Shown here: piece by piece, positions 29,165-38,165 of the stretch | Numbering within the stretch: the stretch's first letter is position 1 | Layout of the letters: each line of letters begins with the position of its first letter | NCBI GenBank assembly: GCA_963731635.1 | Contig: CAVSWB010000001.1 | Coordinates: 784,691-848,690, forward strand | DNA length: 64,000 bases | From: an uncultured Chloroflexia bacterium | GTDB taxonomy: Bacteria > Chloroflexota > Limnocylindria > Limnocylindrales > CSP1-4 | Reading direction: 5' to 3' | The notes under the pieces: generated by a model | The model's database searches: none | Seen by the model: the letters and a program-made list of their open reading frames with translations, nothing else | What the model was told of the DNA's origin: nothing | Position numbers and translations under genes: made by a program

Positions 29165-29407
29165 CTACTTCTTGCGAAAGACGAATCGATAGACGCCGGC
29201 CTCGACGCTCGAGTCGACCAGGGGATTTCCAGTCGATTTCGACCACGCCGCGAAGTCGGTGACGGCCTTGGCCTGGTATGCGACAATTTCGAGGAGCTGC
29301 CCGCTCTCCAGAGTCGCCATCGCCTGCGCCGTCTTCAGGATCGGCATCGGACACGACATTCCCCGGCTGTCGATGCTCTGCGAGATTTGGAGCTTGTCGA
29401 TGGTCAT
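29165..29407 (-). CDS. TusA/SirA family sulfur carrier
   Basis: 'IDSRGMSCPMPILKT', 'GQLLEI', 'DFAAWS'. Confidence 0.9.
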   Translation of the reverse strand: MTIDKLQISQSIDSRGMSCPMPILKTAQAMATLESGQLLEIVAYQAKAVTDFAAWSKSTGNPLVDSSVEAGVYRFVFRKK

Positions 29408-29475
29408 GGCTGACCTCCAAAGGATTCGGTTGGCAGAGATTGGAGCGTGCGGATCGGCGGCCACACCGCAGTTGA

Positions 29476-30741
29476 TCACACCGATCCCCCAAGGGCCAGG
29501 TAGGCCGCCCAGGCCGCGAGGCCGGCGGCGAACACGACCAACGTATTCAACTTGAACGTGCGGATCGCGACGAATGCTCCTGCGGAGAGCACAAGCGCGG
29601 CGGGTATCGGCAGCACCTGTCGGCCCAGGGAGAGCACGACCGTGGCGAGCAGACCGACGAAGGCCGCCATGATCCCGGCGACCGCGCCCTTCACCCAGCT
29701 GTGGCGCCGGAGGTATGGATAGATCTCCGCTGCCACTGTGGTCATCGCCACGCTCGGCGCGAAGATCGCAATCTCGGCCAGGAGACCGCCGGGCAGACCC
29801 GCGACTCGATAGCCCACGAAAGCCGCCGTACTGAGAAAGGGACCGGGCGTGGCCTGGCCGAATGCGACGCCGACGCCAAACTCCTGGAGGCTCATCCAGT
29901 GATGGTTGGTGACCACTTCCTGCTGGAGGACTGGCAGGATCGTCGACCCGTTTCCGAAGGCCACGCTCCCGATCGTCGCCATAGTGGAGGCGAGATCGCG
30001 CATCGCGCCCCCGGCGAACATTGCTGCACCGACCAGGGCAAGCACCAGTGCGGCCGGCACGAACGCCGTCGCGAATCGCGACCGCGAAAAGGCGATCTCA
30101 TCTGGTTGCCCGGGACCGCCGTGTGCGGGCGCGGGCCGGAGAGCGACCGCACCCACGAGCAGTCCGAATAGGACCGCCCACAACAGGTTCGCACCGGCCA
30201 CACCTACCGCGAACGCGGCAAGGGCGAGGGCCGCGGCCAACCGACCTCGGGCATGTTGGCCGGCGAAATCGACCGCGACGCTGGCCACAACGCCCACGAC
30301 GATGGCGTTGAGCCCGACGACCATGCTCGACATCCCGGGCGTGGCGCCGTAGGCCGCATATAGCCACGAGAGGGCCAGCATCATCAGGAGCGACGGCACC
30401 ACGAACCCGGCCGCCGCGACGAGCGCCCCACGAACGCGCCGAGTCCGATAGCCGATGTAGGTGACGAGATCGACCATCATCGCGCCCGGGTAGAGTTGGA
30501 CGAGCCCGAGCCCTTCGTCGACTTCGCCCAGCGGGAGCCAGCCTCGCTTGACGGTGATCGATCGGACGCTCTGCAGAGTGGCCATGCCAAACGCGGTCGT
30601 CCCAACGAGGAAGAAGGTGCGGAATAGTTGCCACAGACTCGGTGAGGGCCTTGGCGCAGCAGCCTCAAGCCCGGACGACTCAGCGGCGCGGCCGCCGGCA
30701 ACTTCAGAACCAGGCGTCCGGATCGAGACTTCGATGGTCAA
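29476..30741 (-). CDS. chrA: Chromate ion transporter (long CHR family)
   Basis: Two repeats: 'FFLVGTTAFG...QLYPGA' and 'IGSVAFGNG...GQATPGP'; TTG start overlaps the CDF stop. Confidence 0.9.
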   Translation of the reverse strand: MTIEVSIRTPGSEVAGGRAAESSGLEAAAPRPSPSLWQLFRTFFLVGTTAFGMATLQSVRSITVKRGWLPLGEVDEGLGLVQLYPGAMMVDLVTYIGYRTRRVRGALVAAAGFVVPSLLMMLALSWLYAAYGATPGMSSMVVGLNAIVVGVVASVAVDFAGQHARGRLAAALALAAFAVGVAGANLLWAVLFGLLVGAVALRPAPAHGGPGQPDEIAFSRSRFATAFVPAALVLALVGAAMFAGGAMRDLASTMATIGSVAFGNGSTILPVLQQEVVTNHHWMSLQEFGVGVAFGQATPGPFLSTAAFVGYRVAGLPGGLLAEIAIFAPSVAMTTVAAEIYPYLRRHSWVKGAVAGIMAAFVGLLATVVLSLGRQVLPIPAALVLSAGAFVAIRTFKLNTLVVFAAGLAAWAAYLALGGSV

Positions 30742-31697
30742 CTCGGTGCTCCGCTTGCGGGGCTGCCGGTGCCGGCCGCTCGGCCCTGGCCACACGACTC
30801 GCCCTCGACCTGGAGAGTGGCGTGGTCGACCCCGATGCGTCGCAGGGCCTCGGTCGCTGTCAGCAGGACTCGCCGCGTGTCGGTGCCGAACCCCAGTTCC
30901 AGGTGTGCGGTGACGACAGGCATATCCTCGGCGAGGGCCCACACATGCAGGTCGTGAACGGCCACGATGCCCGGCACCTCATGCAAAGCGGCACTCGCGG
31001 ATGCAACGGGCACGCTCGTCGGGACGCCCTCGGCGAGCAGGTGGACGATCTGGCCGAGCAAGCGCAGGCCGGCGAGGGCGAGGAGGACGGCGATCACGAG
31101 GCTGGCGATCGCGTCGGCGGAGGTCGGCCCGCCTGCGATCATCACGAGCGCGGCGACGATGACGGCGAGTGCTCCGACGGCGTCGCCGCCGAGGTGGAGC
31201 GCGAGGACTCGAGTCGCCCCGGTGCGGCGGCCGCCTCCGTGGACGATGAGCGCGGACGTGCTGTTGGCCACCAGACCGACGCACGCCACCGCCAGCACGA
31301 CCGGGGCGTCGATGGAGCTCGGAGCCGGCCCAAGCAGCCGGCCCACGCTCTCGACGAATACCGCGGACGACGCCCCCAGGAGCAGAACCGCATTGGCGAG
31401 GGCGCCGATCGCCTCGAGCCGGTGATAGCCGTAGGTGTGCGAGTCGTTCGGCTCGCGGACGGCGAGACGCGACGCGCCGAGGCCGATGAGGAGCGCAACC
31501 ACGTCCACGCCGACGTGTGTCGCGTCGCTCAGTAGCGCCAGACTGCCGGTCAGGACGCCGCCGGCGACCTCGATGGTGAGGACGGCGAGCGAGAGCCCGA
31601 GTGCGATGAGCAGGCGCCGAGAGTGACCGGAACGCCCCACGATCTCGGCGTGCAGGCGGGATTGGGCACCCGCTCCGGCGGGCCTGAGGGCTTCCAT
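30738..31697 (-). CDS. Cation diffusion facilitator (CzcD-like)
   Basis: 'GSLALLSDATH', 'HTYGYHRLEAIGALAN', 'LHLGGD', 'VHDLHVWAL'. Confidence 0.92.
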   Translation of the reverse strand: MEALRPAGAGAQSRLHAEIVGRSGHSRRLLIALGLSLAVLTIEVAGGVLTGSLALLSDATHVGVDVVALLIGLGASRLAVREPNDSHTYGYHRLEAIGALANAVLLLGASSAVFVESVGRLLGPAPSSIDAPVVLAVACVGLVANSTSALIVHGGGRRTGATRVLALHLGGDAVGALAVIVAALVMIAGGPTSADAIASLVIAVLLALAGLRLLGQIVHLLAEGVPTSVPVASASAALHEVPGIVAVHDLHVWALAEDMPVVTAHLELGFGTDTRRVLLTATEALRRIGVDHATLQVEGESCGQGRAAGTGSPASGAPS

Positions 31698-31708
31698 TTG
31701 GGGCGGCC

Positions 31709-32737
31709 TTAGACCGTTGCCGGCGTCGGAGCTGGCACAGGTTCGGACCGCCTGGCGAACCAGGTTCGCAGCCTTGAGGCGGAGCGCAGATAGAGGACCA
31801 TGAGCAGGATCTGGAAGATGGGCATCGTCGCTGCCGGGATGGCGACGAGCGGCGAGAAGGCCGTTGTCGCGATGGCGATGGCGGTGCCGTTGTTCTTGCC
31901 GGTGCTCGTGAACGCGACCGCCATGTGCTCGGCATATCCAAGGCCGAGGCGTCGATCGAGCCAGGTAAGGACGAGCAGGCTCAAGCCGATGAAGATCGCA
32001 TTGGGAATGAGCAGCACCAGGACCGTCTGCCAGCGATCGAGGATGAGAGCAGCCTTGCCGAAGAAGATCAGGAAGACGATCGAGTACATGCCCAGGAGCG
32101 AGAGCGCCGGGAACACGGGCCCGATTGCCCCGAACCGGAGCGAACCGAGCCAGCGCAGCAGCGCTCGCCGCGTGAGGTAGCCGAGGACCATCGGGGCGAG
32201 GAGCACTGTGAGGATCGAGTTGATCAGATCGCCCATCGGGACTGCGATCTGGTAACTGCTCGCAAAGATGGTCATCCAGACCGGCACCGCGATGATGGCC
32301 AGCACGAAGCTCAAGGCAACGACTACGGTGGCGAGTTCGAGATCGCCCTCGGCGAGGCCTGTGTAGCCGATCGCCATGCTCGAACAGGGCACGACCATGA
32401 CCAGCAGGAAGCCGAGCGCAAGAAGAGGATCCGGCAGGAAGATCGTCGCGAGCGCCCAACCGACCAACGGCGCCCAGACGAAGTTGAACAGGATCGCGAT
32501 GCCGATGCCGCGGAGGTTTCGCCCGGCCTTCAACAGGGCCTCGAACCGGACGTTGACCATCATCGGGTAGATGATGAAGAAGACCGCAACCGTGGTCAGG
32601 TTGCTGATGGCGCCCGAGTTGGCCTTGGTCGTGGCTGTGAGCAAGTGACCCGCGGTGAGCCCAACGACGATGGCCAGGCTCACATAGACGAGCATCCAGC
32701 GGTTGAGGTGCTCCTGGATCGAGCGAATGCGGGTCAC
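31709..32737 (-). CDS. acr3: Acr3 family arsenite efflux transporter
   Basis: 'IIYPMMV', 'NFVWAP', 'VVPCSSMAIGYTGLAEGD', 'FTSTGKNNGTAIAIA'. Confidence 0.85.
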   Translation of the reverse strand: MTRIRSIQEHLNRWMLVYVSLAIVVGLTAGHLLTATTKANSGAISNLTTVAVFFIIYPMMVNVRFEALLKAGRNLRGIGIAILFNFVWAPLVGWALATIFLPDPLLALGFLLVMVVPCSSMAIGYTGLAEGDLELATVVVALSFVLAIIAVPVWMTIFASSYQIAVPMGDLINSILTVLLAPMVLGYLTRRALLRWLGSLRFGAIGPVFPALSLLGMYSIVFLIFFGKAALILDRWQTVLVLLIPNAIFIGLSLLVLTWLDRRLGLGYAEHMAVAFTSTGKNNGTAIAIATTAFSPLVAIPAATMPIFQILLMVLYLRSASRLRTWFARRSEPVPAPTPATV

Positions 32738-32933
32738 TGTCTGGACCGCCCCGAGACGGCGACCGTCAGCTTCAGTGGCAGACGGACGCGCCCTCGAACG
32801 GCGCCGAGGCTGAGAGTCGTCATCGAATGGGCTCCAGGACGGTCATGAGCTGCGCGAGAGCCGCGTTGCAGGCGGCCTTGTCGCGCTCGTTAGGAACGAG
32901 AGGCCGAACAGAAGGGGCGTGAGCACCAGCAAC

Positions 32934-32968
32934 ATGTCATCACGGAGTGTGTCACTCGTGACTGACAT
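32934..32968. promoter_or_regulatory. Imperfect 16-bp inverted repeat upstream of the acr3 operon
   Basis: ATGTCATCACGGAGTG-TGT-CACTCGTGACTGACAT. Confidence 0.5.
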
Positions 32969-33049
32969 AACCGAGGGATGGACGGCCCGACTCGGTGGGC
33001 CAAAGGTCACGCTCGCCCGTTGGTTCAGCCTTCGCGCGAGAGGGGGGCC

Positions 33050-33296
33050 TGGCGGCCGTCTCGCTGATCGTCCCCCACGGAACTCTCACGAGCGCCTACT
33101 GGCTGGCCGTTGTCGGAACGGGGGCACGACCATCACGCCATGGGGCCAGGGCTTCATCCAGGCTTATGCCACCGACAAGCGCCTGGGTCCGCTCGTGAGC
33201 GGCCGGTTTCTGCTGGCGGTGGGCTGGATCATCACCATCGCCCTGGCGCTCATGTCGCTGACGCTCGTATGGACGACGATCTTCCCGGTCGGATAG
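33050..33296 (+). pseudogene. Internally deleted NRAMP/MntH-like transporter remnant
   Basis: Fragments 'SLIVPHG...YWLAVVGT', 'GTTITPWGQGFIQAYATDKRL' and terminal TM 'LAVGWIITIALALMSL' joined across a frameshift and a deletion. Confidence 0.65.
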
Positions 33297-33303
33297 CTTG
33301 TCC

Positions 33304-33825
33304 TCAGAGCGGACGTCGATATCGCCTTCGCCGCCTCGTCGCCGCGACCGCGCCGTTCGGCGAGTCGGACGCGACGATACTGATCGACCCGTCCGCCTCG
33401 AGTGTGGCGAGCTTCATCTCGTCGACAGAATCGAGCCCGTGCTCGCGCAGGGCCGCCTCGACGTCGATGAGATCCAGACCCTGGTGAACCAATTCGGGGA
33501 GCAGCCAGGCTCCATCTCGCCCGACTACCGATGGTCCGTATTCGAGGAGCCGGCGTACGAACGAACTCCGGACTCGCAACATGGCGACGCCCCGGTTCAA
33601 CAGGAAGAGTGTCGCCACGACGATGAGGCCGCCGGAGAGTGAGTTGTCCGGCCCGGTGATTGCGGGCTGTAAGGCGTTGGCGGCAAGCAAGACCAGGGCG
33701 AGGTCGAATAGCGTGAACTGCCCGATCTCGCGTTTGCCGAACACGCGTAGCGCGCCGAAGAAGACCGCGTAGATGACTGTTGATCGGATGACCAGGTCGA
33801 GCGCCGGCGTGCCGAGCGTCCACAT
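33304..33825 (-). CDS. DUF421 (YetF-like) membrane protein
   Basis: 'LRVFGKREIGQFTLFDL', 'AALREHGL', 'ATLEADGSISI'. Confidence 0.9.
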   Translation of the reverse strand: MWTLGTPALDLVIRSTVIYAVFFGALRVFGKREIGQFTLFDLALVLLAANALQPAITGPDNSLSGGLIVVATLFLLNRGVAMLRVRSSFVRRLLEYGPSVVGRDGAWLLPELVHQGLDLIDVEAALREHGLDSVDEMKLATLEADGSISIVASDSPNGAVAATRRRRRYRRPL

Positions 33826-33849
33826 GCGACGAGCCCTCTGGTTGGAGAC

Positions 33850-34068
33850 ATGACGATCGGCCCGAGTGCGGCCCTCCACGATACAGCCGCATGGCTCGCC
33901 ATCGGGCCGCTCATCGCGGCCGGCCCTCGACCCATGATTCCGGCGGTCGTCGGAGAGCTCGTGGCCGGCGCAATTCTTGGGCGGTCGGACGGCCAGATCG
34001 CTTCGAGCGTGCGGTCTGCTGCGGTCGCCTTCCTGGTCGTCCTGGCCATCGCTATTCCCGCTCGCTGA
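33850..34068 (+). pseudogene. Cation:proton antiporter N-terminal remnant
   Basis: 'IPAVVGELVAGAILGRS' resembles the CPA/Kef N-terminus; only ~70 codons present. Confidence 0.45.
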
Positions 34069-34122
34069 CGCTGCCGCATATCCGCGTCCATTTGATGGTG
34101 ACACAGCGTTGCCACCGCCTGG

Positions 34123-34890
34123 TCAGCGAACGGCGGTCCCAAGCACGGCGCCGATCCCGTATGTTGCGGCGGCTGCCAAAAGGCCCAACGCGGCTTGCCG
34201 GAGACCGGAGCGAACTGGCTGGCGGTGAGTGAGGCGGCTAACGCCCAAACCCACGAGAAACAGCGCGCACAGCGTCGCGGCGATGGTCAGCGCAAAGGCC
34301 GCGGCCCCCGAAAGCAGCAGGAATGGCGCCAGGGGTACGGAGGCACCGACGGCGAACGCCACAAGTGAGCCGACGGCGGCCGTGACGGGCGAGCCCATCG
34401 TCTTGGCGGACAGACCGATCTCATCGCGGACGAACGTGTCAAGCGCTCGCTTCGGTTTGGCCAGGAGGCGGTCCACGATGAACTTGGCGTCGGCTCGTGA
34501 CAGACCTCTCGACTCATAGATCTCGACGAGGATGGCTCGTTCCTGCTCCGGTGTGTGGCGAAGCTGCTGGCGCTGAAGTTCGACCTGGTAGTCGAGGAGC
34601 TCATGCTGCGAACGGACCGAAATGTATTCGCCCACGGCCATGCTGAAGCACCCCGCCATGAGACCAGCGACGCCAGCCAGGACGACCGTATGGGCGTCAC
34701 CGGACGACGCACCCGCGACGCCCATGATCAGGCTCACGTTGGCCACGAGACCGTCCGTAGCGCCAAACACCGAAGGGCGCAGGATGCTCGAGCCACGCGT
34801 CTCGTGGGGACTCGTGGGGGCGGAGAGCAGGGGCCGCAATCCCGTCCGAATGGCACGCACCATAACTCGAGTCGCTCGGGTGTTCGTCAC
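34123..34890 (-). CDS. VIT1/CCC1 family metal transporter
   Basis: 'VFGATDGLVAN', 'AGLMAGCFSMAVGEYISVRSQ', 'AVGASVPLAPF'. Confidence 0.92.
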   Translation of the reverse strand: MTNTRATRVMVRAIRTGLRPLLSAPTSPHETRGSSILRPSVFGATDGLVANVSLIMGVAGASSGDAHTVVLAGVAGLMAGCFSMAVGEYISVRSQHELLDYQVELQRQQLRHTPEQERAILVEIYESRGLSRADAKFIVDRLLAKPKRALDTFVRDEIGLSAKTMGSPVTAAVGSLVAFAVGASVPLAPFLLLSGAAAFALTIAATLCALFLVGLGVSRLTHRQPVRSGLRQAALGLLAAAATYGIGAVLGTAVR

Positions 34891-35136
34891 CGGCCTACTG
34901 CCACAGGCCGAAGCGGATGAACACCCAAACCGTCAGGATCGGATGCCACCAGGGTTGGGGCGGGCACCGAGTATCACCGAGGCGGGATTCCCTTCCTCGC
35001 GCCCTCGGATTCGCGAGCTGGCTGATTCCGAAGGAAGGTCCCATGAAGCTCCCACTTGGGCGGATGGGGGACTGCCAGGTGCCGCCCAGTCGTTCCGACC
35101 GGTGGCCGCCAGAACCTCGAACCGCCTGACCCGACG

Positions 35137-35433
35137 CTACTTCCGCGCTTCCTTGTCGGCAGCCGCCTCGCGCTCCAGTACCGCCAGACGGGTGTAGTAG
35201 TCCGGGAACTCGTTGAGGTGGGCGAGCGCGATCTTTCCGGTGATGTTCCAGTCGTCCCCGGTGACATTCGTCTTGGGGCTTCGAGGCCCGTGCTCGAGCT
35301 CGACGTTCAGCCCCATTCGGAACTGCTCGAGGTTCCACTGCCGCTCCGTGAAGTCGATCCCGAGCTCAGTCGCGACCGCGAGCGCCTCTTTGCGCGTGAA
35401 CGATTTCTTGACTGGGTTTACGGCAGATACCAC
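35137..35433 (-). CDS. DUF5661-like protein
   Basis: 'GLNVELEHG...TNVT.DD...TGKIALAHLNEFPDYYTRL'; GTG start after AAGGAG. Confidence 0.8.
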   Translation of the reverse strand: MVSAVNPVKKSFTRKEALAVATELGIDFTERQWNLEQFRMGLNVELEHGPRSPKTNVTGDDWNITGKIALAHLNEFPDYYTRLAVLEREAAADKEARK

Positions 35434-35793
35434 AGCTAGCTCCTTCAGCCGACACTTCGTGCAGACCATCCCTGGAGTCATGACTCCCAATGCCGTTGCA
35501 TCAGTCTGGGCCATGTCTGGTGCCGGCCACGAGGATGAGAACCCCCTGGCGTGGAGGCTCCTTGCGGACCAGACGTCATGACTCAATCGAGACGACGCCG
35601 CGTGTGGAAATAGCAGCCCTGTTCGCTAGTGCCGCCTGGGCGGGCAACACAGTCGCCCAGCGAGCCTCATCGCGGGCTTTGCGCACCTTCAGATATCCTG
35701 GGCCATGGCTGAGCCGCCGGGCGTCCGCAGCGCGTCGTCCAGCCCTCCTGCATCGTGGTTGCCACACCCGTGCGGCGCTTGAGGAGATCTGCT

Positions 35794-37146
35794 GTGCCCG
35801 AGAGCAACGCGTCGACCGGAGCGGGCGAGCCGCGCGTGCACTCCGACCGGCCCGTCGACCCCAAAGAAGCCGAGATAAGAGCCGAACCGAACGCGTTCAG
35901 ACGTCTAGGCAAAGCCCTGGGCCCGGGCCTGATAACCGGGGCGTCCGACGACGATCCGTCGGGCATCGGGACCTACGCGCAGGCCGGTGCGCAGTACGGC
36001 TTCGCCACACTCTGGATGACTATCGTGATGCTGCCGATGCAGACGGCCGTGCAGTACATGTGTGCGAAGATCGGCCTGGTGACGGGCAAAGGTCTCGCGG
36101 GCGTGCTACGCGAGCACTATCACCGGGCCCTCTACCCAGCAGTGATCGGCCTGGTCATAGCCAACACCCTGAACGCCGGGGCGGACATCGGCGCGATCGC
36201 GGCGGCGATCAATCTGCTCGTGCCTGCGGTCGGGACCATCGTCTTCGTCGTGCCGGTCAGCCTGGGAATCGTCGGGCTTCAGGTATTCGGCGGCTACCGC
36301 CTTATCGACAAGGTCTTCAAGTGGCTGTCCCTGGCCCTGCTCGCATACATCGGGGCGGCCCTCTTTGCTCGGCCCGACATTGTGAAGGTCCTGCTCGGAT
36401 CGCTGGTCCCGACCATCTCTCTCGACCCGGCATACCTCGGCATTCTCGTCGCCCTGCTCGGAACCACGATCTCGCCGTATCTCTTCTTCTGGCAGGCCAG
36501 TCAGGAAGTCGAGGAGCAGATCAACATCGGTCGGCGCACGCTCCGACAGCGTCAAGGCGCCACACGGTTCGAGCTCAAGTACGCTCTTTGGGACACGGTT
36601 GCAGGCATGGTCTTTTCGGAGATCGTGGCCTACTTCATCATCCTCACCACCGGCGCCACTCTCTTCGTCGCGGGTAAGCACGACGTAGTCTCGGCAACCG
36701 AAGCGGCGCAGGCGTTGCGCCCGCTTGCGGGCGACGCGTCCGCCTTCTTGCTTGCCATTGGGCTCATCGGGGCCGGTGTCCTGGCCGTGCCCGTCCTTAC
36801 GGGCTCTGCGGCGTACGGTGTTTCCGAAGCGTTCGGCTGGCGATCCGGACTCGATCGCAAGCCTGCCGCCGCGTGGCAGTTCTACCTGGTCATCGTTGCC
36901 GCGACGCTCGTCGGGATGGCGATCAACTTCCTGGGGATCAACGCGATCACAGCCCTCGTTCTGAGCGCGGTTCTGAACGGCATCATCGCCGTGCCGCTCG
37001 TCTTTCTGCTCATGATCGTCTGCAACGATCATGCGGCCATGGGCGAGAGGACCAACGGACGGCTCCTAAATGTCCTCGGGTGGGTCACCACGATCGTTAT
37101 GGGCGTGGCCGCTGTTGGGCTGATCGTGACCACCATCTTTGGCTAG
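35794..37146 (+). CDS. NRAMP family divalent metal transporter
   Basis: 'LGPGLITGASDDDPSGIGTYAQAG', 'LGTTISPYLFFWQ'; GTG start after GAGGAG. Confidence 0.92.
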   Translation: MPESNASTGAGEPRVHSDRPVDPKEAEIRAEPNAFRRLGKALGPGLITGASDDDPSGIGTYAQAGAQYGFATLWMTIVMLPMQTAVQYMCAKIGLVTGKGLAGVLREHYHRALYPAVIGLVIANTLNAGADIGAIAAAINLLVPAVGTIVFVVPVSLGIVGLQVFGGYRLIDKVFKWLSLALLAYIGAALFARPDIVKVLLGSLVPTISLDPAYLGILVALLGTTISPYLFFWQASQEVEEQINIGRRTLRQRQGATRFELKYALWDTVAGMVFSEIVAYFIILTTGATLFVAGKHDVVSATEAAQALRPLAGDASAFLLAIGLIGAGVLAVPVLTGSAAYGVSEAFGWRSGLDRKPAAAWQFYLVIVAATLVGMAINFLGINAITALVLSAVLNGIIAVPLVFLLMIVCNDHAAMGERTNGRLLNVLGWVTTIVMGVAAVGLIVTTIFG

Positions 37147-37260
37147 TTGCAGGCAGCCCGAGAAGAGGCGGCGGGCCAGGACATGAGCGACCCTCGCATG
37201 GTTCTGTCGGGCGCCGGCGGGAAATGCAACTCTGGGCCGGTAGCCTCAGACTCGATACTC

Positions 37261-37495
37261 TCACTCGACGCCGGCGGCCCGGACTTGCATGGCCTTGAGC
37301 CATTCGGCGATGTCGGCGACGACCGTCGGGTCCACGTGCTGGGCCGACATCGACTCTTGTGGGGTCGATGGACCAGAGCCGACGAAGAAGACCGTCACGT
37401 CCGCGCGGCCGGCCAGGGCCTCCTTCCAGCGTGCCAGGTCGTCTGCCACGGTCGCCTGGTAGTCTCGACCACCCTGGAGCACGTGCATCGGCCGG
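37261..37495 (-). pseudogene. C-terminal remnant of an alpha/beta hydrolase
   Basis: 'PMHVLQGGRDYQATVADDLARW...QHVDPTVVADIAEWL'; the usual His-containing segment appears deleted. Confidence 0.55.
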
Positions 37496-37608
37496 CCGAG
37501 TCCCGCCGCGGCGGCAGAGCGCGACGAGTCTGACCGCCGACACAAACGGGGTCAGGCGGCCGGCCCCGCCAGCGCCACCCGTCAAAGGGAGCGACGAGCT
37601 TGGAGGGG

Positions 37609-37828
37609 TCGGATGCCTTGCTACGCTGGCGAGCCCGCTCCCAACTCCCGGGAAGGCTCCGAACGGGTTACCATGTCGCCGTTCCCGGTTCCCACGCCGA
37701 TGGCGTCGTTGCCGAATCAGATGCTCTACGTGCTCTGTGCGGCGATGAGGACCCGACTGGTCGGATCAGATGCTCATCGGATACCGAGTCCGGCGAGCAA
37801 GACCCCCGAGCGTGGGATCGGATGCTCT
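37609..37828 (+). repeat. Dispersed TC(A/G)GATGC(T/C)C copies antisense to the tRNA D/anticodon stem
   Basis: Copies at 37609, 37717, 37766, 37818; 37717-37728 TCAGATGCTCTA is the exact reverse complement of tRNA 37876-37887. Confidence 0.7.
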
Positions 37829-37856
37829 AAACGAGCGTGGAACAACGGCAAGCAGC

Positions 37857-37932
37857 GCGCCCGTAGCTCAGTGGATAGAGCATCTGACTTCGGATCAGAT
37901 GGTCGGGGGTTCGAATCCCTCCGGGCGCGCCA
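37857..37932 (+). tRNA. tRNA-Arg (anticodon TCG), CCA encoded
   Basis: Acceptor GCGCCCG/CGGGCGC, D-arm, anticodon stem TCTGA-CTTCGGA-TCAGA, TTCGAAT T-loop, 3' CCA. Confidence 0.96.
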
Positions 37933-38005
37933 ATTCTTGGCTTCGATTCGCCTTCACCGATCCGCTTCTCACCGCTCACGAGTTGCGTCAAACCGCCCGT
38001 GATGA

Positions 38006-38165
38006 GAGTCAGGTTCCCGCTTGGGCTGTCGGTTGAGTCAGATGCCCAGGATTTGAGCCTCGCGGAGTCAGATGCCCACGGTTTGCGAAGTCAGATGCCC
38101 GTGATCAGTCTGCCCTCAAGAATCAGTCTGCCATCAAGATAGCTTGAGTCAGGCAATGTCCTGAC
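38006..38165 (+). repeat. GAGTCAGATGCCC array (4 units, spacing 29/30/23) plus an 18-bp tandem duplication
   Basis: Units at 38006 (degenerate), 38035, 38065, 38088; ATCAGTCTGCC(C/A)TCAAGA x2 at 38104 and 38122. Confidence 0.85.

Noticed and set aside
31698-32459. 573-aa extended CDF protein
   Set aside because: The extension is an alternate frame of acr3; the CDF starts at ATG 31697.
35590-35790. yybP-ykoY or M-box riboswitch upstream of NRAMP
   Set aside because: Only a generic GC hairpin is present; the conserved GGGAGUAG/CAUA motifs are not seen.
38006-38100. CRISPR or TIGR-like guide array
   Set aside because: The repeat is only 13 bp, spacing is uneven (29/30/23), the spacers are conserved between the two clusters rather than unique, and no cas/tas gene is in the window.
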